64,000 nucleotides of DNA from NCBI GenBank assembly GCA_011774835.1, contig JAACAK010000002.1, positions 17,685 through 81,684 on the forward strand, read 5' to 3'. The notes below the pieces were generated by a model. It was not told the DNA's origin. It saw nothing but the letters and a program-made list of their open reading frames with translations, and did no database searches. Below, piece by piece: positions 38,023-46,751 of this stretch. This DNA comes from Candidatus Kutchimonas denitrificans (GTDB taxonomy: Bacteria > Gemmatimonadota > Gemmatimonadetes > Palauibacterales > KS3-K002). Positions within the stretch are counted from its first letter, which is position 1; each line of letters begins with the position of its first letter. Position numbers and translations under genes: made by a program.

Positions 38023-39267
38023 TCATCGCGTGCTGGCGGCGGCCGACTTCTCCTCGGCGTCCTGGTCCGCCAACTCCGACGAAGCCTCTCCGCCCTCGGT
38101 CAACTCGGTTTCCGGATTCAGCTCCGGCATATTGATCGACCGGATGTCCATGCCGACCAGGGGCTTCTGCAGCACCGTCGTGACCAGAACGGTCCCTTCG
38201 GGGATCGTGTTCTTCACGATCGCCATGTCGCCCTGGTAGGCGACGACATCCACCTGCTGACGACCCAACGAGCCGTCTTCCATCGTGTAGATGCGGCTGT
38301 CCGCATCGATCAGGTGCCGGGGCACTGGAGCCACGTCCCGCAACGTCCGCCCCTCGATCTTCACGTGCACATAGCTCCCCGGCAGAAACTGGGGATCGAG
38401 GCGGTTATTGGTGAACGTCACGAACACGTCGAGCGTCTGCGAGTTGCGATCCAGCTTGGTCTGCTTTCGCGTTACACGGCCCGACAACGTCCGGTCGCTG
38501 CCTTCATCCGCGTGGATCTTCACCTGCGGTGCACTGGAAAAATCGATCGTCTGGCTCTCCTCGATGAGGAGCGGAACCGTGACCACGACGTTCTTCGGGT
38601 CGACCAGCGTGAACAGGTGCTGCCCGGTCGAAACGAAACTCCCCTCGATCACGCCGTTCGAACCGATGTAACCATCGAACGGCGCACGGATCGTGTGCTT
38701 CGACAGCGCGATCTCCTGGTTGCGCACGGAGTAGTACAGCCCGATGACGTTCTTCGTGCTGACCTTGATCTTCTCCTGCGCATTCGTGATCTCCGGCAGC
38801 TCGGGCACGGGAGTGTTGATGTCCAGGCTCTTGAAATAATCGAACCAGCGCCGGTAGATCCGCGCATCATCCAGTTGCAGATCCGGCAGCACCGAGGCCA
38901 CCGCGTTCAGAAAATCCGACCGCAGGGCGTAGAGATCGTTCTCCACGTCCCGCGAGTCGATCTTCAGCACCAGCTCGCCCTCCCGGACGAACGTCCCGTC
39001 CTTCAGGTCGTTCTTGGCGAACAGTACGCGACCGCTCGCCTCCGAGATCATCTCCAGCGTCCGCTCGGACTCGACCACACCGTCGCCGTCGACGTGGAGC
39101 GTCAGTTCACCGAAGCTCAGCCGCTCGGTCTGCACCGCTCGCGCCTCCGGCTGACTGGTCCGCCGGTTGCTCTGCCGCTCGGTCGAACCGAGGGCGCTCA
39201 TCGCCAATACGCCGACGGCGAGAATGGCCGGTACCGAGGCGATCTTGAGAATCGTGCTCTTTTTCAT
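38023..39267 (-). CDS. RND efflux periplasmic adaptor (membrane fusion protein, HlyD family)
   Basis: Start MKKSTILKIASVPAILAVGVLAM at ATG 39267. Lipoyl/beta-barrel MFP pattern. It lies 62 nt upstream of the RND gene. Confidence 0.85.
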   Translation of the reverse strand: MKKSTILKIASVPAILAVGVLAMSALGSTERQSNRRTSQPEARAVQTERLSFGELTLHVDGDGVVESERTLEMISEASGRVLFAKNDLKDGTFVREGELVLKIDSRDVENDLYALRSDFLNAVASVLPDLQLDDARIYRRWFDYFKSLDINTPVPELPEITNAQEKIKVSTKNVIGLYYSVRNQEIALSKHTIRAPFDGYIGSNGVIEGSFVSTGQHLFTLVDPKNVVVTVPLLIEESQTIDFSSAPQVKIHADEGSDRTLSGRVTRKQTKLDRNSQTLDVFVTFTNNRLDPQFLPGSYVHVKIEGRTLRDVAPVPRHLIDADSRIYTMEDGSLGRQQVDVVAYQGDMAIVKNTIPEGTVLVTTVLQKPLVGMDIRSINMPELNPETELTEGGEASSELADQDAEEKSAAASTR

Positions 39268-39322
39268 GTCGAAGCCCTTTGACGATCTGTAGTCCGTAAA
39301 AGAAAAGGTCGTGTCCCAATAA

Positions 39323-39355
39323 TGTCCATATTTTGTCAAAGACAAAATATGGACA
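39323..39355. promoter_or_regulatory. perfect 33-bp AT-rich palindrome, candidate operator of the MFP-RND operon
   Basis: TGTCCATATTTTGTC-AAA-GACAAAATATGGACA gives 15-bp perfect arms. It lies 56-88 nt upstream of the MFP ATG and contains TTGACA on the coding strand of the operon. Confidence 0.6.
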
Positions 39356-39578
39356 ACTCCGCTTTCGGCCAGTGCCGGTCGCCGGAGATCGCGGACAAAC
39401 CGCGGTCCCGCCGGCTCTCCGCCCCGGCGCTGTCGTAACGCCTTACGGGTTGAGGGGGTTCTCGAGTTTCAGGTGGCCGCTGGACGACGGACCGACATCC
39501 GTGTCGCGCGACGCGGCATCAGGGGTTAGATGTCCGCGGAAAGCGAAGGGTTGCCTGGCCCCGGAGGCCGTCGGAGGT

Positions 39579-40367
39579 TCAGAACTCCTCGCGATTGAAG
39601 CGCCAGAAGGCGAGGAGGACCAGGAGCAGTGTATAGAGGCCCGTCAGGATGACGACCGGGGCCGTGCCATCGGGCAGCGCCCGGCCGACGGCCGCGAAAT
39701 AGGCCAGCGACGGCAACTGCCAGGGCGTGTAGTCCCACAGCCACGGGAAGAAGTTGGGCAGGATGAGGCCCGCGAAGACGAGTCCGATGGCCATGCCGGA
39801 AACGGCGCCCCGACTGTTGAAGAAGGTCCCGAGGGCCATGGTGAGCGCGAGGTAGAAGAGGAGTTGCTGGATGTGAAACGCGGCGCCCAGGAGGAAGGCG
39901 TCGATATCGGGCTGCAGGTAGGTGGCGAACAGCGTTTGGAGGAAGAAGGCCACGCTGGGGATCAAGACGGCCAGACCGATGAACGAGAGGCCGTTGACCA
40001 GCAGCTTGGAGAGGAGGAACGCCTCGCGGGTGACGGGTTTCGAGAGGACCCATTCGGCGGTGCCGAGCTCCCTTTCAGCCAGAACGGTGTTCTGGGTCGC
40101 CACGATGACGCCGATAGTGGCGAACAGCCCACCGACGCGGAAGAAGACCTCGATCAGATCGTCGACCGCGGCCCACGGGTTTTGCCGCCCGGCGTCGAAG
40201 CCGACGAGCAGGAGGAAGCCGTTGATGATGAGCAGCCACATGATGAAGTGGTAGAGCGCGCGACGCGTTCGCCACCACGACCCGTACTCTTTGTCGATCA
40301 TGTTGACGAAGCCGGTCAGCCAGCCATGACCGGATGCGGGCTGGAGCTGCAGGCTAGTCGTCGCCAT
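39579..40367 (-). CDS. ABC-2 type transporter permease
   Basis: 262 aa with about 6 TM helices. It overlaps the upstream ATPase gene by 14 nt. Confidence 0.75.
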   Translation of the reverse strand: MATTSLQLQPASGHGWLTGFVNMIDKEYGSWWRTRRALYHFIMWLLIINGFLLLVGFDAGRQNPWAAVDDLIEVFFRVGGLFATIGVIVATQNTVLAERELGTAEWVLSKPVTREAFLLSKLLVNGLSFIGLAVLIPSVAFFLQTLFATYLQPDIDAFLLGAAFHIQQLLFYLALTMALGTFFNSRGAVSGMAIGLVFAGLILPNFFPWLWDYTPWQLPSLAYFAAVGRALPDGTAPVVILTGLYTLLLVLLAFWRFNREEF

Positions 40368-41316
40368 TGCCGTTCTCCTCGACCAGATTCATGAACACTT
40401 CCTCGAGCTCGTAGGTGCGGCGGCCGAAGGCGGCGACGTTCACGCGCTCATCGGCCAGGATCACGCGGAGCAGCTGAGCTTCGGCCGCTTCCGTATCGGT
40501 GACCCGCACCAGCCATTCGGTCCGGCCGTTCTCGGTGGAGGCGTGGATCTCGGAAACCCAGGGCTGATTCGCCACGCGACTCCGGGCCTCGGCGGCTTCG
40601 CCTCGCAGGACGACCGAATAGGCGACGCCTTCGCTTCCGACGAGCAGTTCCTCGATCGGCGCTCTGGCGATCAGTTCGCCGCGATTCAGGATCGCCACCG
40701 TGTCGCTGACCCGCTGCACGTCGTCCAGGATGTGGGTCGAGTAGAAGACGGTAGCCCGCTCGCGCAGCCGCTCCATGATCGCCAGCACGTCGCGCCGTCC
40801 CATCGGATCGAGGGAAGCGGCGGGTTCATCGAGGATGAGGAGATCGGGGTTGCTGACCTGCGCCTGGCCGATGCCCAAACGCTGCCGCTCGCCGCTGGAG
40901 AACCCTTTGACCGGGCGATCGGCCCGGTCGGAGAGCCCGACCAGCTCGAGCGTCTCGGCGACGCGCCGCTCGATGGCGGGGGCGGGGCCCTGGTAGAAGA
41001 ACCGCGCGGTGAAGCGCAACGTCTCGCGAGCGGTCAGGTGCTCGTAGTAGCGCGGCTCCTGTGGCAGGTAACCGATGCGACGGCGGACATCGATCGTATC
41101 ACCGACGATGTCGTGTCCGAACACCTCGGCGGTTCCGGCGGTCGGCCGCACGAGACCGAGCAGTAGCTTGATAGTAGTCGTCTTGCCCGCCCCGTTCGGC
41201 CCCAGAAAGCCGAAGATCGAATTGCGCGGCACCTCGAGATCGAGCGATCGGAGGGCTCTGACGTTCTTGTAGGTCTTGGTCAGGTTCTGGGTCCGGATGA
41301 CCGGAGCGTCCGTCAC
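40354..41316 (-). CDS. ABC transporter ATP-binding protein
   Basis: Walker A GPNGAGKTT, signature FSSGERQRL, Walker B LLILDEP. Confidence 0.9.
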   Translation of the reverse strand: MTDAPVIRTQNLTKTYKNVRALRSLDLEVPRNSIFGFLGPNGAGKTTTIKLLLGLVRPTAGTAEVFGHDIVGDTIDVRRRIGYLPQEPRYYEHLTARETLRFTARFFYQGPAPAIERRVAETLELVGLSDRADRPVKGFSSGERQRLGIGQAQVSNPDLLILDEPAASLDPMGRRDVLAIMERLRERATVFYSTHILDDVQRVSDTVAILNRGELIARAPIEELLVGSEGVAYSVVLRGEAAEARSRVANQPWVSEIHASTENGRTEWLVRVTDTEAAEAQLLRVILADERVNVAAFGRRTYELEEVFMNLVEENGNGDD

Positions 41317-41424
41317 GTGGATCCTCCCTGGGGAGCCAGATGAATCTGTTCAACGACCGCCTACGAGTTTCGGGCGGCGGGAGTTTCGACGCCGTGCCGC
41401 ACGCTGCCGGACCGGAGAAGAGAG

Positions 41425-41778
41425 TCAGTCCAGAATTTCGATGTTGTCGGGGGCATTCGGCACGACGCAAAGGAACTCGAACGGCTCCTCGCCCTCGGCC
41501 TCATACCAGTGCGGCGTGCCGGCGGGGATGTAGAGAACGTCGTTGGCCTGCACTTCGAATACCTCGTCACCGATTCCCACGCGGGCGCGACCGCGCAGCA
41601 CGTACTGCTCGTGCTCCACGGCGTTGGTGTGGCGGGGCATACCACCTCCGGGCTGCATGATGAAACGTCGCAGCGCGAAGTTGGGCGCCTCCTCGGGACC
41701 GATCAGCACCTGCCGTTCCGTGTCGGTGCCCGCCTCGACCGTCTGGGTGGCCACGCTGCCTGCTCGTTTGATCGGCAT
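41425..41778 (-). CDS. cupin domain protein
   Basis: ATG 41778 preceded by GGAGGAGGAG. GGGMPRHTNAVEHEQYVLRGRARV...VLYIPAGTPHWY is a cupin_2 pattern. Confidence 0.75.
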   Translation of the reverse strand: MPIKRAGSVATQTVEAGTDTERQVLIGPEEAPNFALRRFIMQPGGGMPRHTNAVEHEQYVLRGRARVGIGDEVFEVQANDVLYIPAGTPHWYEAEGEEPFEFLCVVPNAPDNIEILD

Positions 41779-42007
41779 GTCGTCTCCTCCTCCGTGCCAC
41801 GTCGTTCGCCGATCCGCCCAATCCAGGGCCAAACCGCCGCTACCCCACCATGAATGTGAGAAATCACTATTGTGGCAAGGACGGGTCGGCATCTCAAGTC
41901 TCACGGGGGTGGTCGGGAGGCGGAAGCCAGCCGCGCCACGCAGAGGTTGAACACGAGTCGCCCTTCTGGGTATTCTACAAGGACACCCTCGAATCCGACG
42001 GACACCT

Positions 42008-43087
42008 ATGGAAGCATCGACAGTCGTCCCGACCAGGTACTGGCACCGTATCGAAAACGGTCGGGTTCAGTGCGACATGTGCCCGCGCTATTGCCGTCTG
42101 AGGGAAGGACAGCGCGGCATGTGCTTCGTGCGGATGTGCCAGGATGGCGCCATCGTGCTGACCACGTACGGCCGCTCGAGCGGTTTCTGTATCGACCCGA
42201 TCGAAAAGAAGCCGCTCAACCACTTCCTCCCCGGGACACCGGTGCTGTCCTTTGGGACGGCGGGCTGCAACCTGGCCTGCAAATTCTGCCAGAACTGGGA
42301 CATCAGCAAATCGCGGGAGATCAACCGTCTGGCGGACAGAGCGACGCCGGAGGGGCTGGCCGAGGCGGCCGAGCGGCTGGGCTGCCGGAGCGTGGCTTTC
42401 ACGTACAACGACCCGGTGATCTTTCACGAGTACGCCATTGATGTGGCCGACGCCTGTCACGAGCGAGGTATCAAGGCGGTGGCCGTCACGGCGGGCTACG
42501 TGTGCGAGGAGCCGCGCCGCGAGTTCTACGCCCACATGGACGCCGCGAACGTGGACCTGAAAGCATTCACCGATGACTTCTACTGGCAGATCACCAAGAG
42601 CCACCTGCAGCCGGTGCTGGACACGCTGCTCTACCTCAAGCACGAGACCGACGTGTGGTTCGAGCTGACGACCCTGCTGATACCGGGCAAGAACGACGCG
42701 CCGGGCGATATCGACGAGCTCACCGGTTGGGTGGTCGACAACCTGGGTCCCGACGTCCCCGTCCACTTCACCGCTTTCCACCCCGACTACAAGATGATGG
42801 ACGTACCGCCGACACCGCCGGCGACGCTGACCCGGGCGCGGGAGATCGCGCTGCGCAACGGGCTGCGCTACGCCTACACCGGCAACGTCCACGATACCGA
42901 GGGCGGCACCACCTTCTGCCACGCCTGCGGCGCGCCGCTGATCGTCAGGGACTGGTACGTGCTGCGCGAATGGCACCTCACCGACGACGGCCGCTGCGGA
43001 CGGTGCGGAGTCGTCTGCGCCGGCGTCTTCGCTGGCGCACCGGGAACGTGGGGTGCGCGACGACAACCGGTTGAAATCGGTCGATAG
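42008..43087 (+). CDS. AmmeMemoRadiSam-system radical SAM enzyme (AmrS-like)
   Basis: RVQCDMCPRYCRL, IDPIEKKPLNHFLPG, and the radical SAM cluster GCNLACKFCQNW are characteristic of this family. Confidence 0.85.
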   Translation: MEASTVVPTRYWHRIENGRVQCDMCPRYCRLREGQRGMCFVRMCQDGAIVLTTYGRSSGFCIDPIEKKPLNHFLPGTPVLSFGTAGCNLACKFCQNWDISKSREINRLADRATPEGLAEAAERLGCRSVAFTYNDPVIFHEYAIDVADACHERGIKAVAVTAGYVCEEPRREFYAHMDAANVDLKAFTDDFYWQITKSHLQPVLDTLLYLKHETDVWFELTTLLIPGKNDAPGDIDELTGWVVDNLGPDVPVHFTAFHPDYKMMDVPPTPPATLTRAREIALRNGLRYAYTGNVHDTEGGTTFCHACGAPLIVRDWYVLREWHLTDDGRCGRCGVVCAGVFAGAPGTWGARRQPVEIGR

Positions 43088-43099
43088 CGCCGACCTGTC

Positions 43100-44461
43100 G
43101 TGATACGGATCGTCCGCCCCCAAGATGACAGACCGGTCATCGCGGTTATCGGCGCGGGGTTCGGTGGCCTGAACTTCTGCAAGACGTTCCGCGGCGATGC
43201 CCGGATCGTCCTCATCGACAAGCACAATCACCACGCGTTTCAGCCGCTTCTATACCAGGTCGCGATGGCTGGCCTGGCGGGATCCGACGTCGCCGCACCG
43301 GTGCGCGGGATTTTCTCTCGCTACCGTCACGTCTCCAGTCACATGGCGCAGGTGGATTCGATCGACCTGAAGAACAAGACGCTGCGCGCCGGCAAGTCCG
43401 AGCTTCGCTGGGACTACCTGGTAATGGCGATGGGCGGGGTTACCAGCTACTTCGGCAACGACGATTGGGAGCGCCATGCGCCGGGCCTCAAGACCCTGGG
43501 CGATGCGCTGCGGTTGCGGCGCCAGCTGCTGACGGCGTTCGAGCTGGCGGAGAACGAGCCCGACGAGATGGAGCGCCGGCGGCTGATGACGATCGTCGTG
43601 GTCGGTGGCGGACCGACCGGCGTCGAGCTGGCTGGCGCCATGGCCGAGCTGACCAACCACGTGTTCCGGCGCGACTTCCGCAACATCGATCCGACTCGGG
43701 CCAGCGTGATCCTGGTGGAAGCGTTGGACCGTATCCTGCCAACTTTTCCCTCGTCACTCTCGGAGAGCGCCCGCGAGCAGCTGGAAGAGCTGGGTGTGAA
43801 GGTGCGCCTGGGGACCCGGGTGGTAAACGTCCAGGCCGACCGCATCACGGTATCGAGCCAGTCTGGCGAGGAGGATATTCTCACACGGAACGTGCTGTGG
43901 GCGGCGGGCATCTCGGCGCACCCGTTGACGCGGCAGCTCGGTCCCGATGTGGAGCTCGACAAGGCCGGCCGCGTCAAGGTTCTCCCGGACCTGAGCGTTC
44001 CCGGACATCCGGAGGTATTCGTCATCGGGGACGCCGCTTACCTCGAGGTGGACGGCACCGCCGTGCCCGGACTGGCCCCGGCCGCCATCCAGATGGGCAA
44101 GCATGCGGCCAAGGTCATCGGTCGGGAGATCGCCGGCGACCCATCACCGCCCGAGGAGCGGCCTGCGTTCCGGTACCGGGACCGGGGCACCATGGCCACG
44201 ATCGGCCGTCGTCGCGCCGTCGCGGTCTCGGGCCCCCTCCGATTCAGCGGCTACCCGGCCTGGCTGGCCTGGCTGTTCGTGCACCTGATCTTCCTGGTCG
44301 GCTTCCGCAACAAGCTCACCGTGATGATCCAGTGGGCGTGGCAGTACTTGACCTACGGCCGCGGCGCTCGAGTCGTCGCCGAGCCCCTCGAAGACTTCGT
44401 GGGCGCGGAAGGCGCCCAGGGCGCCGAGGGCGCGAGCGCCGAATCCGCCGCTAGCGCGTGA
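43100..44461 (+). CDS. ndh: type II NADH dehydrogenase (NDH-2) family FAD-dependent oxidoreductase
   Basis: GTG start 12 nt after amrS. VIAVIGAGFGGLNF and the second dinucleotide fold IVVVGGGPTGVELAG. It has a C-terminal membrane-anchoring helix. Confidence 0.85.
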   Translation: MIRIVRPQDDRPVIAVIGAGFGGLNFCKTFRGDARIVLIDKHNHHAFQPLLYQVAMAGLAGSDVAAPVRGIFSRYRHVSSHMAQVDSIDLKNKTLRAGKSELRWDYLVMAMGGVTSYFGNDDWERHAPGLKTLGDALRLRRQLLTAFELAENEPDEMERRRLMTIVVVGGGPTGVELAGAMAELTNHVFRRDFRNIDPTRASVILVEALDRILPTFPSSLSESAREQLEELGVKVRLGTRVVNVQADRITVSSQSGEEDILTRNVLWAAGISAHPLTRQLGPDVELDKAGRVKVLPDLSVPGHPEVFVIGDAAYLEVDGTAVPGLAPAAIQMGKHAAKVIGREIAGDPSPPEERPAFRYRDRGTMATIGRRRAVAVSGPLRFSGYPAWLAWLFVHLIFLVGFRNKLTVMIQWAWQYLTYGRGARVVAEPLEDFVGAEGAQGAEGASAESAASA

Positions 44462-44813
44462 GCCGGCCGCTGGCCGACACGGACCACACGCTCAGTATCG
44501 ATCCGACACGTCCGGGGTTCGAGGCTCGCGAAGCGAGTCGCGTCGCACAACGTCGCAGGGTCGCCTGCGATGCGGCACCGATCTTGCCCCCGACGGAACC
44601 AAGGACTACTGACGACCGCGCTGCGGGGACCGGGTGCTCGGAGGGTCGTAGAGGGGATTTCAGCGCGCCCGGCCCCGCTTCGCGGACGGAGGCTTCGCGA
44701 CGCCTTCCGCTTCCACGGCACCGACGCGTTTGCCGCCGGGCCGCCTTCGATGATAGTATGCCATGGGAAGGCATCCCACCTGCCAGATCGGAAACCCGGA
44801 CGAAAGAGGGAGC

Positions 44814-45374
44814 ATGAGACGACGAACCCTGGCCGCTCTCGCCACGCTGCTCCTGGCGGGCGCCGCGCCGGCGTGGGCTCAGACCGGCGAGCCGCTCGAG
44901 ATCGGAGCCACGGCACCGGACTTCACCTTGCCCGGCGCCACCCGCTACGGCGTGCTGGCGGAGCCGGTGAGCCTCAGCGATTTCAAGGGCAAGACGGTGG
45001 TGCTCGCCTTCTTCTTCAAGGCCCGGACCCGTGGTTGAACGATCCAGATGCATGCGTACCGTGATCAGTACGCACAGCTATTCAACGACGGTCAGGACGT
45101 GATCCTGATCGCGATCAGCACCGACCCGGTGGAAGAGCTGTACGCGTGGGCTCGCGACGACCAGTTCCAGTTCCTGATGGCGAGCGACGCCGACGCGGAG
45201 GTGGGACGCCTTTACGGCGCTTTGGCTCGACCGGACCTAACGAATCGCAATCTGTTCGTCGTCGGACCGGACGGTAAGATCGCCTATCGGGCGGTTCCGT
45301 TCCGGGAGATCGATCCGGCGGCGTACACGGAGTTGGGCGTGGCGATCGACGAGATCCTGTCGGAGACGGAATAG
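44814..45374 (+). CDS. secreted AhpC/TSA-family peroxiredoxin with in-frame TGA (45036..45038) at the peroxidatic position; candidate selenoprotein
   Basis: ORFs 44763..45038 and 45048..45374 share one frame. The joined reading is ...FKGKTVVLAFFFKARTRG[TGA]TIQMHAYRDQY... . ATG 44814 is preceded by AGAGGGAG and encodes the signal peptide MRRRTLAALATLLLAGAAPAWAQ. Confidence 0.6.
45034..45086 (+). promoter_or_regulatory. SECIS-like stem-loop enclosing and following the TGA
   Basis: Outer helix GTTGAA (45034..45039) with TTCAAC (45081..45086). Inner 7-bp helix TGCGTAC (45053..45059) with GTACGCA (45068..45074). The 8-nt loop is CGUGAUCA. Confidence 0.45.
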
Positions 45375-45381
45375 GAGAAGG

Positions 45382-45452
45382 CGGTGTGCGGTTTGCAGTG
45401 CGCCGGTCGGCTCACGTTCACCGCAAACCGACGCACCGCAAACCGCACACCG
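45382..45452. repeat. palindromic repeat element, copy 1 (REP-like hairpin)
   Basis: CGGTGTGCGGTTTGCAGTGCGCCGG pairs with CCGACGCACCGCAAACCGCACACCG (23 of 25 positions), with a 21-nt loop. It lies between the convergent peroxiredoxin and tlpA-like genes. Confidence 0.7.
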
Positions 45453-45458
45453 TAACCC

Positions 45459-45983
45459 TCACCTGCCCGGTTCCAGTGCCTTCTCGATCGCCGCCTCGAT
45501 GTCCTGGTCTTCACCCAGACCGGTGTAGACCACCTTCCCTTCGCCGTCCAGCACGACCACATAGGACGTGGTAGGCGCCCTGAAGGCCCGCACGGCGGCG
45601 CCAGCGGCATCGTAAAACACGGGTCCCGGCATCTCGTGCTCCTCCACGTGGCGGCGCACCCGACGCGGGCTCTGGTTGACCGCCACCGCCACCACCACGA
45701 ACTGGACCGCGTCACCGTACCTGGCGCTGGCGGCCAGCATACGCGGCTCGAGCGCCGCGCAAAGCGTGCACCACGTGGCCCAGAACTCCAGCAGCACCGG
45801 CTTTCCGGTGCCGATATAACGGCCGAGATCGACCGGGTCCCCGTCGAGGTCTTCCACCCTCACCGCCTCGGGCTCGGCTCCGACGGGGAGGCCGATCACC
45901 TCCTGCGCCGACGCCGGCACGCTGGACACGAAGGGCGCGACGATCATCAAGAGCGAAAGGAGATACCATCGTAGCCCATTCAT
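45459..45983 (-). CDS. TlpA/ResA-like periplasmic thiol:disulfide oxidoreductase
   Basis: 174 aa. Signal peptide, then thioredoxin-fold active site FWATWCTLC. It starts 3 nt after the ccdA stop. Confidence 0.85.
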   Translation of the reverse strand: MNGLRWYLLSLLMIVAPFVSSVPASAQEVIGLPVGAEPEAVRVEDLDGDPVDLGRYIGTGKPVLLEFWATWCTLCAALEPRMLAASARYGDAVQFVVVAVAVNQSPRRVRRHVEEHEMPGPVFYDAAGAAVRAFRAPTTSYVVVLDGEGKVVYTGLGEDQDIEAAIEKALEPGR

Positions 45984-45986
45984 TCG

Positions 45987-46718
45987 TCACATCACCTGAC
46001 CGGCCAGGATGAAGTAATACTCAGCGACTCCGAGCATGATCAGGCCCGCCGCCTTCTTGACCCAGACCATCCACCGGCCCGAACGGGGCAGCGCCGCCAA
46101 GGCGCCGGAGAACAGCCCCACGACCACCAGCAGCGCGGTCATGCCGAGAGAGAACACGAAGAGATACAGAAACCCGAGGACGGCGCTGCCGGTTCCGGCC
46201 ACCCAGGTCAGGACGGCGGCGAAAGCCGGAGCACCGCACGGTGCGGCGACGATCCCCGAGGTCGCGCCCAGCACGAACACGGCGGGATACGAGCCGCCCC
46301 GCAACCGGGACGTCCACGCGACCAGCCGCTGCGGCGCCGACACCGGGATGACGTCCAGCATCGCCAGGCCGAAGATCAGCAGCAGGTTGCCGATCGCGAT
46401 TCGGGCCCACGGGCTGGCGCTCACGGTACCGAACAGCTGTCCGGTGAGCCCGGCGATGACGCCGAGCAGCGCGTAGAAGAGCGCCAGGCCCGAGACGTAG
46501 GTCAGCGTCAGCAGCGCGGTTCGTCGCCGCGACGCACTCTCTCCCGCCGTACCGCCGATGATACCCACGGTGATAGGAATCATCGGGTATATGCAGGGGG
46601 TGAGACTGGTCAGAACGCCGGCACCGAACAGGATCCCGAGGGCAATCAGCGGTCGGCTGGTAAGCGACTCGGTCAGCCCCTGGGCGACGGGGAGGATGGA
46701 GAGCAGTGCGTAATCCAA
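45987..46718 (-). CDS. ccdA: cytochrome c biogenesis protein CcdA / DsbD-core thiol-disulfide transporter
   Basis: Multi-TM protein with the two conserved Cys motifs (LTPCIYPMIP and VAAPCGAPAF). The track ORF start at 46778 lies inside repeat copy 2. The in-frame TTG at 46718 is my preferred but uncertain start. Confidence 0.8.
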   Translation of the reverse strand: MDYALLSILPVAQGLTESLTSRPLIALGILFGAGVLTSLTPCIYPMIPITVGIIGGTAGESASRRRTALLTLTYVSGLALFYALLGVIAGLTGQLFGTVSASPWARIAIGNLLLIFGLAMLDVIPVSAPQRLVAWTSRLRGGSYPAVFVLGATSGIVAAPCGAPAFAAVLTWVAGTGSAVLGFLYLFVFSLGMTALLVVVGLFSGALAALPRSGRWMVWVKKAAGLIMLGVAEYYFILAGQVM

Positions 46719-46751
46719 AGCGACGTGTCGAAAGTGTGCGGAGCGGTTTCG

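Noticed and set aside
44763-45374. Interpreting the split peroxiredoxin as an ordinary nonsense-mutation pseudogene.
   Set aside because: This is not fully excluded. However, the stop is TGA, it falls exactly on the catalytic Cys codon, both halves keep an intact reading frame and motifs, and a SECIS-like hairpin follows. I therefore favour Sec recoding, pending a check for sel genes.
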